Source: Cenarchaeum sp. (GTDB lineage Archaea; Thermoproteota; Nitrososphaeria; Nitrososphaerales; Nitrosopumilaceae). Taken from it: 64,000 nucleotides of DNA. The position numbers and the translations under genes were made by a program. Position 1 is the first letter of the stretch. The number at the start of each line of letters is the position of its first letter. The stretch lies in assembly GCA_963692915.1 (NCBI GenBank), contig OY843584.1:640001-704000 (forward strand), read 5' to 3'. Below, in pieces: positions 1-11,000 of this stretch. The notes under the pieces are model-generated. The model had not been told where the DNA came from. It saw only the letters and a program-made list of their open reading frames with translations, and did not search any database.

Positions 1-3000
1 GCCAAAGTTCACGCGCGAGTGCACTTGTCTGATCGTGTGCGTGGCAGCTTCGGGGGCTATGGTAAGCGTGAAGGTATGGACCTGGCCGATTGAGCCACTC
101 GACACTATACTGGCTACGCCGTGCACAGGCTCGGTGTATATTGTCAGCTGATGCGTGTTTCCCGGTGGGCGAAACACTTGGAGGAACTCTGGAGGCACGG
201 TGTCTATGACGGCGTTGCCGCCGGACGTAATGTCCGACTGGGTCAGTTCCACGTCAGTCGCGGGGTTTGCCCCCGTTGCGCGTATGGTAAACTCGAATGG
301 GGCGTTGTCGTCGGCGGCGTCCACCACGAACGAGTGTGACCACGTCCTGTCGTCGGTGTCGCCGGCGTTGCCCATCGCCGTCGGCGCGCTTGTCCTGTGC
401 GTGCCCGGCACCGTTATCGTCGGTGCCGGCGACGTCACGATGTCCTCGCTGAACGTGACGTCGAGTGTGATCCTGTCACCGGCGTTTGCGTACTGGGAGT
501 TTGGCCCCGTCCTGTCCGTGAACGAGCCGCTAGCCTCGTCTGCGACGGTCAGCGTGAGCGGGTACGCCGAGAGCGGCGCGTCATCCGCAATGTCGTTCGT
601 TGCCGTGTTGGCCGCCAGGCCATTGGCTGCCGCAGACGTGTCAAGTATGTCCGACATCATGGAGGCAGGGACGTCATAGCCCAGCGCGGGCGGCGTGACG
701 GTCGTGTCGCCTGTGCCCCAGCCGCTTGCGATCACGGTCGACTCGGCCAGCGTGAGCGTGAGCGTGCGCCCGACAAGCTCCGCTGTTCCAAAGTCTGTGC
801 CCTCCGTGACGGCCGAGGCGAGCTCTGTTGCCGTGGGCAGTGCGGGCGGGGTCGTCGCCGTCGCATAGTGGTACCAGCGCGAGGCGTCCGGCCCGCCGGC
901 GGCGGCCGTGACGTCCTCGTCAAACGTGACCTCTATTGACCTGGGCGAGACCGTCTTGGCCGTAAAGAGCGGCGGCAGGCCGTCAATTGCCGTCGTGCGC
1001 CCCGCGATGGGCGTGCCGTCAGAGGCCAAGAGCACCGGCATTGTCTGGCCCGAGGCCGGCCTGTACGCGATGTGGGGGGTGGCATCAGAGGCCTGCGCGT
1101 CATACCCGATGTAGAACGTGAGCGGCTCGGTGTCGGTGCCGGAGCAGATGCTGGTAATGTCAAACGGCGTGGCTGACACCGCCGCCGGGGCGCCGCCGCT
1201 CGTGCACACAGCCGAGAACGCGGTGGCCTGCGTCCCGCCGGTTCCGTCACGCGCCGTGCCGACAAACCACTCGTCGAGGTGGATGTTGCCCGTGACCGTG
1301 CTGGTGAACACGATCCTGACATAGGTCGAGTCTGCCGCCCTGTGGGTCGTCGCCGTGTATGCGGCCGGCGGGATTATCTCCAAATACTCTTGCGTCACCT
1401 GCGTGCCGGCCGCAAGCGCATTGGGCGCCGTGGCCTTGTCCGTGACTTGGCCGAGGCGGATCATGTAGGTGGCTCCAAGTGTCGCATCACTCCCGAGGTT
1501 CATGCGCACAAAGTTATCCGAGCCGGGCTGCGTGAGGCTGTCCACGCCAAGGTCAGGCCTGATGCTCCACCCTGCAGTCGTGGATGGCAGCTCGACGCCT
1601 TCGGTGAACGTCACGTGCACGGTTCTGAGCGAGTGGAACGTGACAGAGACTATGGAGGGCACGAGCCTGTCCGGAACCATCACCGTTGAGCCGCTGGCCA
1701 GGGGGTTGCCGGCCCCGTCACTCAGTCCACTGCCCATATACGTCACAGTCGGCGCAAAGCTAGTGTCAACGTCCGCATCGGCGTACGCTATGGTCACGAG
1801 GTCGCGTGCCGAGTTGAGGGTCGCGCTCGTGACTGTGACTGTGGTCGTGCCCTCGGCGACTCCCCAGTCTGCTGAACCCACCGTTGCGCTTCTGGGCAGG
1901 TTCTCGGACAGCTTTACAGTCAGCGACGTGGCTGACGTCGTCCTCGTGTCAGCGTCTGTGAGCATTGTGGGAGGCGTGCGGTCTATGCTGACGCGGTATC
2001 CGGCACCTGCTATGGAGCTGCCGTCAGCATTAGTCGCGCGGGTCGTCAGGTCGGCGTGCGTGAATGTTGCCGCGCTTCCCTCAGCGTCCGTAACGGTGAT
2101 GCTGAACGTGACGTCACCTTCTGGCGAGCTGCTCGTCACGCTGTGCGAATAGATGTACCGTAGGGGGTTGGCCTGATCTGGCCTGAACACGCTCGTGCTA
2201 GTCACCGGCGAGCCCGAGTCCGTAAAGAACATCGCGGTGCCAAGAGCCGCCGTGTTACTGACTGTGGCGCTCACGGGAATGAGCGTGCTGCCGACGTAGA
2301 GCGGCTCGGTGACTGTTATGACAACCCACACATTGTCATTCAGGCGAGCAGGATTCGCGAGGTAGGGACTGTTTGAGGGGGTAGAGGCCTGCTTTCTCAT
2401 GTGCAGCGAGTCTCTGGCTGCCAGTGCGGGCGGCGCGCCGTCACCGGCCTCAGTCGAGTACGACAGCACGGCATTCACGCCATCCGTCAGGGTTCCGGCC
2501 ACATACATGACAGACGGCGTGGCCGCCGTCGAGGAGAGCGGCCCGTGCGTGATGAGGAGCTCCGTGACGGCAGGGCTCGACGGTATGGCCGGCGTGACTG
2601 CGTCACCTGCCCCTGCCGAGGTCTCCGGCGTTGCAGTCACCTTGCCGGAGGTCGCCACAGTCTCCACGCGCGATATGTCCAGCGCCACATTGCCTGCGTC
2701 ACTGGCCGCGTCGTTCTCGGTGACCGTCCAGTTCATCGTGTCAAGCGTGCCCCCAAGGCTGCCATCAAACGTGACCCTTGTTGTGGTCAGCGTCTGTGTC
2801 TCGGCCGTAAACGAGTCCGCAGTCGTGATCATGGCCGACTCTTCTGCGCCCACCGCGTTGGCAGGCTCGGCCATGTCCGCTATATCATAGTCTGGAATCA
2901 CCGTGTACTCCCTGTCAGCCATGATCGCCGAGCCGAGGCTGAGTGTGTACGTGGACAGTGTTTCGCGCATGGCGGACAGCACTTGTATCCCCACGGGGGA

Positions 3001-6000
3001 GGTGGAGGGGGAGCCGTCGTCTTCTTGCACAACCCAATTGTTGTCCGTGCCTTCGGTGCCCGCGACGTACGGGTTGGACGTGCCCTCTATGTTCTCCACA
3101 AACGTGACGGGCTCGGTGAACGTGACGTGCAGCGAGGTCGGCGTGGTTATCACGGCTGCCCTTATCTCCGGGGGCGCCGTGTCAGCGGCGGTGGCCTGGC
3201 TTGTCGTCAACACTGTAACGCCATAGGTCAGGTCGCCATCAGTGGCCGTGTATGTCACCTTTGGCGTCGAGGCCGTCGAGGCCAGGCCGTCGTGCGTTAG
3301 GATGATCGAGCGGCGGAGCAGCTCGGCAGGGCCTTCGAGAGTCCCAGTCGCCGCCGAGACTGCCGTGACGCGCCTGTCCGTGCCGGCCTCGGTCACGGCC
3401 CAGTCGTCGGCATCCAGTGTGCCGCCCGGCTGGAGCGGGAACGTCACGGCGATTGTCCTCGAGTCTATCGTCCTGGCCGTAAAGGCCGCCGGCGGGGCGT
3501 CCCCAAATGCCGCTGACACCGAGCGCTCCGTGACTGCGTTGCCCTGCGCGTCGGCCAGTCCGGTCGACGGCAGGCTGACTGTGTGCTCGACGCCAGTCGT
3601 GGCCGCAGAGGCCAGCGTGATGGTGAGCGTGTTCGTGCCTGCGTTGTACGCCGGCGATCCCGCTGCCGGCGTCACGGTGTCCGGATCGCTGCCGGCGTCG
3701 TCCCCGTCAGGCACGGTCACGGCGTACGTCAGGGTATCTATCGTCCCCGTGTTGGCCATCGCCTCGCCAAAGTTGACCGTGATCGTGTCAGCCGCGCCAA
3801 ACGAGGCCACAGGCGTCGGAGGGGCGCCGTCTGCGGCCATCCTTGCCACCAGCGCGGAGAGCGCATTGCCCACAGTGTCCACGATCCCCGGCGGGGCGTT
3901 CGAACCGGTCGGCACCGTGTAGGTGACCGGCGGCGTGGCCCCAGTCGACGCCGTGTCCGCATGATACAGCGTTAATGCGCCAGAGGGCTGGCTGCCGGCA
4001 TGCGAGGCCTGATGCACTCCAACTTGCCATCCAGCGGCGCGCTCTCCGGCGACAGGAAGCACGACGGCCTCGCTGAACGTAATGTCCGTCCCGGTGCGGC
4101 TCACAGTCTTTGCCGTGTACGTCGGCGGCATGTTGTCAACTGCCTCGGCGTCGTGATACGGCACGGAGAGTCCCTGGATGGCCGACGGGGTACCGCTCAC
4201 CCCGGGGGGCAGGCCGATTTGGGGGATGAGGTTGTGCCTCACATTTGGCGTGGATCCCGTCGATGAGAGCGGCGCGTGCGTGATTGTCATCTCGGTCGCC
4301 GTGTTCGATGGAGACAGCTTAATTGTGGGAAGGAGTTGCGATTGAGCCACAAACACGGACGCGGTGCCCAGCATGAGTGAGGATATCTGCCTCCTCTCGG
4401 ACGTCTGCGGATCACCGTCATCATCATCAGTCACTATCCAATGGCCAAGGTTGAGAAAGCCGCTAGTCAGCGGCGGGCCAAAGAACGACACAGTCGTGCT
4501 CGTCGGCGAGTTTGTCACTGCCGTGAATGGCGGCGCAGTCGCCATGACAGTCGTGGTCGTCAGGGCGTTGCCAGACGTGTCGGCCAGTCCCGTGGACGGC
4601 AGTGCCACCGCGTACACGTCGCGGTGTGTCGCCGTGCCGGCCAGCATCAGCTCCAGCGTGTGCGTGTGGGGATTGTACTCGTGTGGCCCGGACAGCGTCA
4701 CTGCTGTCGAGTCCTCGGTCACCGTGTAGGTGAGGCCCGCTATCGTCTCCGGACTGGCAAGGGCCTCGCTAAAGGCCACATTGATCACGCCGGGTGCCCC
4801 AAATGACGCGCTAGCCGTGGGCCCGATGCCGTCGGTGAGGGGCACAGACGATCCGGTGCGCAGGACGTTGCGCCCTGACGCGTCAACGACCCTGTTGGAG
4901 GCCGTGTCGGATCCCGTGTACAGCAGTGCCGTGCCGGCGGCCAGGTCGGTAAAGTCCAGTGCCTGTGTGCGCGTGAGCGTGATCCTGTCGGCGGCGACAT
5001 GGCCCGAGTCAAACGTTATGCCGCCGCCAATGGTCCACTCTGAGCCCGTGAGGACAATATTGGCGTCGACAGACTTTGAGAGCGTCGCGCTCACCTGCGT
5101 TGGCGAGTCGAGTGTCGCCGAGACCAGCGTCATCGGGGTGCCATCAACGACCGTTTTTGGCGGCGGTATCTCACGGGTGCGATCAACCAACATCAGTTCA
5201 TCCAGCGTGAACGGGTCGGTGTCCATCGGGTCGCCGCCAGAGTCGGCCAGGGCCGTCTGTCCTGCCAAAAGCGTCGCCGGCTTTGCGAACATGATGCCCG
5301 GCATTGATGTCAAATCCAAATTCGATATTGACTCGTGCCTTAGCGTAAACGCAGTCGCCGAGCTGAGCTCGACTGTCGGCGAGCGCAGCAGGTCGACTGT
5401 GCTGTGCTCGCCGGCCCTGACTGACTGGATCTCCACGGTGACCGGACCGTCAGACGTCATGCCCGCGAGGCTCCAGTCAGCGGCGCGCAGCGTCCCGCTC
5501 ACGGCCTCGTCAAGCCTGACCACCGTCGTGCGGTCGCCCGTCAAGAGCGCCACGGAGATCTCGGGGGCAGGCGAGTTAACGACCGAGATCCCGGATTTCC
5601 CAGCGGACTGGTTTGGCGGCGTGGCCCTATCCGCAAAGTTCTGCGCATCGGGAATGTATTCGCCGCTCTTGAGGCGCTGTGGCAGTGTCCCAACCACCTC
5701 GTTGGGGTTGGTCGGCGAGACCATGAGATTGGAGCCCCCAACAGAGCCTGCAACAGGTCCTGTTGTGCCGGCCGCGGTGTGCACATGTATAACGGACTCT
5801 GGAAGCACAGTGACAGGGCCACTGAATGTGACTCTCACGCTCGTGCCATCACTGCTAACAGATGGGGCAAAAGTGGTAATGCTCTCCTTGTCGACTGCGA
5901 CGATATCCCACACCCCGGCGCCCAGGTCCGTGCCGCCAAACGCTAGACCCCCAGTGGCCGGTGAGGTGTACCTGATCGTCGGCGTCTCATCAGGACCCAA

Positions 6001-7392
6001 GGCGCCAGAAAAGGCAACGCGAATGTCAAAGTCTAGCCTGTTATCTATCGTGGACGTGACACCTCTACCAGCGGATGAAAAGGGATGTCCAACTGCCGTA
6101 ACGGGTATTTCCCTCGTAGAATCAGGGAGGTTGATGATGACGAACTCGGATGCGCGAATCGTGCTGCCGTCCGCCCTGGACTTGAGAACTGCAAAATAGC
6201 TGGTATCGCCGGTCTTGTCCACACGGAACGGCGGCGTGTGCGTCAGTGTGCACGTGGCAGCGCACGTTGCGGGGTCAAATGGGGTGCCAGCGCTGTTCTC
6301 GAATGTCGGCGCGATGGTGTACACGACGCCGGGGATCGCATTGGCGCCTAGCGTGGCCGTGACGATCATGGCGGTAGTACGCGCAACACTCGACACGGTG
6401 ATCACGTCTGGCAGGGTGTCTGCGTCATGGGGAGTTAACGTGTTGTCAGGCGCCGTGACCCCAAGGTTGGACGTGGTGGCGGTGGACATGTCGATGGTGT
6501 CGTCAAACGTCATGCGAATCGTCTTTGAGCCCGTAAACTCTGCAGAGCTCAAAACCAGCGGCGGCGTGTGCGTCAGTTCGCACGTGGCGCCGCACGTTGC
6601 GGGGTCAAATGGGGTGCCGGGGCCGTTTGCGAATGTTGGCGCGATTGTGTACACGACGCCGGGGATCGCATCGGCGCTTAGCGTGGCCTCGACATTCCTG
6701 GCGGTAGAACGGGAAACACTCGACACGGTGATCACGTCTGGCATGGTGTCTGCGTCATGGGGAGTTAACGTGTTGTCAGGCGCAGTGACTGCCATGTTGG
6801 ACGTAGTGGCGGTGTCAGTGGCGATAGTGTCCACGAACTTCATGAGAATCGTCCTTGGGCCCGTAAACTCTGCTGAGGACAGAACATTCGCGCGCACGAG
6901 CACGTTGGCAGTGCTGCCTGACGTGGTGTCTTGCCAATTTATCAAGTTGGCTCCCGATGTTGGGCTCACGTTTGGGGGAGTTGCCGTGTCCCTGGCCACG
7001 ATGGTAAAGGTGAGTGTGAAACCACCGGTGTCAGCGGCATCTATAGTGAACGTGTGCCGCCAGCTCCGGTCATTGCTGTCGGCGGTGTTGACCATGTCCA
7101 CGGCCGTCGGCGTCCTGTGCGCTCCAGGGACCACTATCGTCGGCGCCGGCGATGTCGCGACGTCCTCGTCAAACGTCACGTCTATGGTAATCCTGTCACC
7201 GGCGTTAGCCCAGTGCGCAAGACCTCCAGTGCGATCCACAAAGCTGCTGCCAGTATTGTCGGCCACGGTGACCGTGAGGACGGTGACCCCCGGAGGATCC
7301 GTGTCTGCCGTTTGGGCCGTCGCACCGCTGACAGAGGCGGCAAGAAAGAGCGACATGATCGCAAACGCCAGTGTTGGCACTGCAGCCCGCAT
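1..7392 (-). CDS. Giant secreted Ig-like-repeat surface protein, paralog 1 (3' end beyond window edge, >=2464 aa)
   Basis: ATG at 7392 gives MRAAVPTLAFAIMSLFLAASVSGA, the same signal peptide as 8032..16905. It is colinear and largely near-identical to that gene down to position ~120. Absent from the ORF track, consistent with no stop codon inside the window. Confidence 0.88.
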   Translation of the reverse strand, partial: MRAAVPTLAFAIMSLFLAASVSGATAQTADTDPPGVTVLTVTVADNTGSSFVDRTGGLAHWANAGDRITIDVTFDEDVATSPAPTIVVPGAHRTPTAVDMVNTADSNDRSWRHTFTIDAADTGGFTLTFTIVARDTATPPNVSPTSGANLINWQDTTSGSTANVLVRANVLSSAEFTGPRTILMKFVDTIATDTATTSNMAVTAPDNTLTPHDADTMPDVITVSSVSRSTARNVEATLSADAIPGVVYTIAPTFANGPGTPFDPATCGATCELTHTPPLVLSSAEFTGSKTIRMTFDDTIDMSTATTSNLGVTAPDNTLTPHDADTLPDVITVSSVARTTAMIVTATLGANAIPGVVYTIAPTFENSAGTPFDPATCAATCTLTHTPPFRVDKTGDTSYFAVLKSRADGSTIRASEFVIINLPDSTREIPVTAVGHPFSSAGRGVTSTIDNRLDFDIRVAFSGALGPDETPTIRYTSPATGGLAFGGTDLGAGVWDIVAVDKESITTFAPSVSSDGTSVRVTFSGPVTVLPESVIHVHTAAGTTGPVAGSVGGSNLMVSPTNPNEVVGTLPQRLKSGEYIPDAQNFADRATPPNQSAGKSGISVVNSPAPEISVALLTGDRTTVVRLDEAVSGTLRAADWSLAGMTSDGPVTVEIQSVRAGEHSTVDLLRSPTVELSSATAFTLRHESISNLDLTSMPGIMFAKPATLLAGQTALADSGGDPMDTDPFTLDELMLVDRTREIPPPKTVVDGTPMTLVSATLDSPTQVSATLSKSVDANIVLTGSEWTIGGGITFDSGHVAADRITLTRTQALDFTDLAAGTALLYTGSDTASNRVVDASGRNVLRTGSSVPLTDGIGPTASASFGAPGVINVAFSEALASPETIAGLTYTVTEDSTAVTLSGPHEYNPHTHTLELMLAGTATHRDVYAVALPSTGLADTSGNALTTTTVMATAPPFTAVTNSPTSTTVSFFGPPLTSGFLNLGHWIVTDDDDGDPQTSERRQISSLMLGTASVFVAQSQLLPTIKLSPSNTATEMTITHAPLSSTGSTPNVRHNLIPQIGLPPGVSGTPSAIQGLSVPYHDAEAVDNMPPTYTAKTVSRTGTDITFSEAVVLPVAGERAAGWQVGVHQASHAGSQPSGALTLYHADTASTGATPPVTYTVPTGSNAPPGIVDTVGNALSALVARMAADGAPPTPVASFGAADTITVNFGEAMANTGTIDTLTYAVTVPDGDDAGSDPDTVTPAAGSPAYNAGTNTLTITLASAATTGVEHTVSLPSTGLADAQGNAVTERSVSAAFGDAPPAAFTARTIDSRTIAVTFPLQPGGTLDADDWAVTEAGTDRRVTAVSAATGTLEGPAELLRRSIILTHDGLASTASTPKVTYTATDGDLTYGVTVLTTSQATAADTAPPEIRAAVITTPTSLHVTFTEPVTFVENIEGTSNPYVAGTEGTDNNWVVQEDDGSPSTSPVGIQVLSAMRETLSTYTLSLGSAIMADREYTVIPDYDIADMAEPANAVGAEESAMITTADSFTAETQTLTTTRVTFDGSLGGTLDTMNWTVTENDAASDAGNVALDISRVETVATSGKVTATPETSAGAGDAVTPAIPSSPAVTELLITHGPLSSTAATPSVMYVAGTLTDGVNAVLSYSTEAGDGAPPALAARDSLHMRKQASTPSNSPYLANPARLNDNVWVVITVTEPLYVGSTLIPVSATVSNTAALGTAMFFTDSGSPVTSTSVFRPDQANPLRYIYSHSVTSSSPEGDVTFSITVTDAEGSAATFTHADLTTRATNADGSSIAGAGYRVSIDRTPPTMLTDADTRTTSATSLTVKLSENLPRSATVGSADWGVAEGTTTVTVTSATLNSARDLVTIAYADADVDTSFAPTVTYMGSGLSDGAGNPLASGSTVMVPDRLVPSIVSVTFHSLRTVHVTFTEGVELPSTTAGWSIRPDLGVDSLTQPGSDNFVRMNLGSDATLGATYMIRLGQVTDKATAPNALAAGTQVTQEYLEIIPPAAYTATTHRAADSTYVRIVFTSTVTGNIHLDEWFVGTARDGTGGTQATAFSAVCTSGGAPAAVSATPFDITSICSGTDTEPLTFYIGYDAQASDATPHIAYRPASGQTMPVLLASDGTPIAGRTTAIDGLPPLFTAKTVSPRSIEVTFDEDVTAAAGGPDASRWYHYATATTPPALPTATELASAVTEGTDFGTAELVGRTLTLTLAESTVIASGWGTGDTTVTPPALGYDVPASMMSDILDTSAAANGLAANTATNDIADDAPLSAYPLTLTVADEASGSFTDRTGPNSQYANAGDRITLDVTFSEDIVTSPAPTITVPGTHRTSAPTAMGNAGDTDDRTWSHSFVVDAADDNAPFEFTIRATGANPATDVELTQSDITSGGNAVIDTVPPEFLQVFRPPGNTHQLTIYTEPVHGVASIVSSGSIGQVHTFTLTIAPEAATHTIRQVHSRVNFG
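6230..6880 (-). repeat. Internal tandem duplication (~330-bp period, ~110-aa domain) in paralog 1
   Basis: GGCGGCGTGTGCGTCAGT...CACGTTGCGGGGTCAAATGGGGTGCC occurs at ~6230 and ~6560. Only one copy of this domain is present in paralog 2 (~16075-16390). Confidence 0.85.
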
Positions 7393-7415
7393 ACTGCCGC
7401 CCTTTCAACATACGA

Positions 7416-7424
7416 GTATATAAC
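7416..7424 (-). promoter_or_regulatory. Putative TATA box of paralog 1
   Basis: GTTATATAC on the minus strand, 24-32 nt upstream of the ATG; same position as in paralog 2. Confidence 0.65.
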
Positions 7425-7451
7425 ACAATTGGTGGGTTTGCGCCCAAAATG

Positions 7452-7470
7452 CCCCCCCCCCCCCCCCCCC
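7452..7470 (-). repeat. G19 homopolymer (C19 on +) upstream of paralog 1 promoter
   Basis: 19 consecutive C flanked by CGCCCAAAATG and ATTATACGGCAT. Confidence 0.9.
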
Positions 7471-8031
7471 ATTATACGGCATGCCCCGACCTAGCCGCAG
7501 AGCCTTTTGCGAACCTTGGCTTGCCAAGCAGTATCGTTCGGGTTTCAGCAATGCTCGGCGCATCAGACTCAGAGTCGCTACGCTCGTCGTTTTCCATGTG
7601 GCAGCATGACTTAATTTCAGTGTGAAGTGCTGGGCCGTGCCCTGCTTTGCCCACGAATAGACGCGGGCAGCAGCTCCTGGGAACGGCACGGCATGAAATT
7701 CCAGAGGCGGCCAACAGGCCCTGTCATGTCGCCGCGCCGGGATATCCCCGGTATACTGATGTGCGCCTTTGGCGCCCCTGCAAAAGGATCACATGCGGGA
7801 TGAGCCGTGCCGGGCTTGCGCCCTCCGGGGCGCGCTCGCCGCCGCCGGAATCGCGCGTCCTGCCCGGGATGGGCTTGCGTCGGCACGGTGTCCCGGATGC
7901 CGGGTTTGGCTGTGCCGCAGGGCCTGGCGCCAAACGGGCCTGGCGGTGCCGCCTGGGCAGAACCGCCAGTCCCGAGATCAGCAGGCTGCGATGCGCGATG
8001 GCGCGCCGTCGCACACGCGCATGCCGCGCAG

Positions 8032-11000
8032 CTATTCCGGGGGCGGCGCAGGGTACATCTCTAGGAGCGCAAGCTCGGCGAGGTTTATCTCGTGGGCGAT
8101 CTTTGCGCGGAGGCGCTCGAGGTACTCCTTTTGGTCCTCGGGCTCCGGGGAGGCGACATAGGCCGGTTCGGCAGCCGGCGCGGCCGGCACAACGCCCATG
8201 GCGCGCAGGTGCTCCTCGGCGATCGCGCGCTCGGACGCGATGAGCTCAGCAAAGCTGTCGGTGCCGCGCGCCCAGCCGTGCTGCGTCGCGCGATCCTCCT
8301 CGTACATCGACTCGTCGATCTCGTGGTGCAGCGAGGCGAGGTTGCGCAGCGGCTCGTACGTGCCGGCCGGGGTGATGCGGTAGACGCGGTACTCGCCGTC
8401 GAGCATGTACGTCACGTGGCGCGTGTCATAGTCGTACGTCCCGTCGCCGTCGGCATCGACGTTGCCGGCTATGAGCGGGTAGAGCACGAGCGCCCCGCCG
8501 TTGACCTCGATGCCGTGGCTCGGGTTTAGCGACTCGCCGGTCACGTGGACGCCGTGGTTGAAAAAGTTCTGCCACGAGTTGCGCCTCTCGTCCCAGACGA
8601 CCGTCGAGACGACGTCAAAGTTGAGGGGCTCGCGGAACGTGTGGTGTATCGTGACTATGCGGCACTCGGCCTCCGAGCCTGGCATGCACGCGCCGATCTC
8701 CGAGCTCGCGCGCAGCGTCTCGGCGTCTATCGTGTCGACTGCGCCGCCTACCGAGGCCGTCGCGTTGCCGTTGCCGTACGGCAGGCTCACCCTTATCTCG
8801 GCGCCCGACTCGCCAAAGTGCTGCCCGCGCCCCAGGCCAAAGGCCAGGCCGACGTGCCTGACGTTGAGCGGGCCCGTGTCCTCAAAGACCTTTATGATCG
8901 CGACGTTCTCGACTCCTGTCTCCACGGTTATGAGCGGCATGGGCGTGTAATAGTACTCGGCATCCACGGCCTCTCCGTTGTACGAGAACCCCTGGCTCAC
9001 GCGCCTGGTCCCCGTGGAGTCGACTCCCAGCGTCGGCGGCGTGCAGTCATCGCAGCCGTCCCCGCCGCCGCCGCTGACGCCTGGTGCAGTGGCGCCAAAG
9101 CGCGTAAAGTGGTTTGTCCATATCACGAGATCCCCGCCATCGCGCACGCGGCACTCATTGAGCTCGATGGCGCCAGAGCCAATATCTCCGGGCACTTCAG
9201 AGGCGTCACGCGATTCACACTCGGGTATGGCGTTAACGGTTAAGCCATTTGGGCCGGACAGCCAGAACGCGTGAACCGCAGCGCCGGCACCGAGCAGCCT
9301 TATTGCCACAGGCCTGTCAAATGTCATCGGAGCCGCATCGCCGCTCTTGCCTAACTCGACTAGCGTCGCCGGCGGCCTGGAGGCCAGAACCCTGGTCACT
9401 GCCTCGTTGGCCGCAGTCTCCTCCTCGTCTGCTCCTATCGCTGCGACGTACTCGGTGTCGCGCGCCGGGGGAGGGAGTCGCACGACCACTACGGACTCGT
9501 CAGTGTCAACATCTCCAAAGTCTTCGACCACCGTCGACTGGCGTAATGTGACAGTCACCCCGTCCACGTTCACCGTTATCGTTCCAGCTAGTGTGTCACT
9601 GCGTTGCTCAGTCAGGCGGATGATCGTGCTCTCGCCCAACCCGCCTCTCTCGCCCTCCGGCGCCTCGATTGTGTACGAGCCTGCAGGTGGCACGGAGAAC
9701 TCGGGCACAGCAAGAGTGCTTCCAGAGCCGGCTCTGACCGGAGTCGTTTGCTCACGGTTCACCGTGTAAACAAGCGGATTGTCGGCCCTGTCAGTCAGGC
9801 CGGTTAAAGTGAGTGAGTATGTGCCAGTGCCAGCTATGACCGCCTGGAATTGCTTGATCGTGTCCGTGGGAGCGTCGGCAGGTACGGTGAACATGTTGTT
9901 ATGGACCGGGCCAAAGGTGTGCGCCGTGTCTGGGCCCTGTGACACTGCCATGGCTGTGCCGTGCACAGGCTCGGTGAATATCAATCGCTGATCAGAATCA
10001 TGATCATTCATGGGTGGGCGAACCACGTAGAGGAGCTCTGGAGGCACGGTGTCTATGACGGCGTTGCCGCCGGACGTAATGTGCGATTGGGTCAGTTCCA
10101 CGTCAGTCGCGGGGTTTGCCCCCGTTGCGCGTATGGCAAACTCTAATGGAGCATTGTCGTCGGCGGCGTCCACCACGAACGAGTGTGACCACGTCCTGTC
10201 GTCGGTGTCGCCGTCGTTGCCCATCGCCGTCGGCGCGCTTGTCCTGTGCGTGCCCGGCACCGTTATCGTCGGTGCCGGCGACGTCACGATGTCCTCGCTG
10301 AACGTGACGTCGAGTGTGATCCTGTCACCGGCGTTGGCGTGCTGGGAGTTTGCCCCCGTCCTGTCCGTGAACGAGCCGCTAGCCTCGTCTGCGACGGTCA
10401 GCGTGAGCGGGTACGCCGAGAGCGGCGCGTCATCCGCAATGTTGTTCGTTGCCGTGTTGGCCGCCAGGCCATTGGCTGCCGCAGACGCGTCAAGTATGTC
10501 CGACATCATGGAGGCAGGGACGTCATAGCCCAGCGCGGGCGGCGTGATGGTCGTGTCGCCTGTGCCCCAGCCGCTTGTGATCACGGTCGACTCGGCCAGC
10601 GTGAGCGTGAGCGTGCGCCCTTCAAGCGTCGCGGTTCCAAAGCTTGTGCCCGCCGTGACGGCCGCGGCGAGCTCTGTTGCCGTGGGCAGTGCCGGCGGGG
10701 TCGTCGCCGTCGCATAGTGGTACCAGCGCGAGGCGTCCGGCCCGCCTGCGGCGGCAGTGACGTCCTCGTCAAACGTGACCTCTATTGACCGAGGCGAGAC
10801 CGTCTTGGCCGTAAAGAGCGGCGGCAGGCCGTCGATTGCCGTCGTGCGCCCCGCGATGGGCGTGCCGTCAGAGGCCAAGAGCACCGGCATTGTCTGGCCC
10901 GAGGCCGGCCTGTACGCGATGTGGGGGGTGGCATCAGAGGCCTGCGCGTCATAGCCGATGTAGAACGTGAGCGGCTCGGTGTCGGTGCCTTGGCATATGC

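Noticed and set aside
7182-7689. Poly-Gly/poly-Pro ORFs spanning the C-run (also 16763..17211)
   Set aside because: Artefacts of translating the promoter homopolymer.
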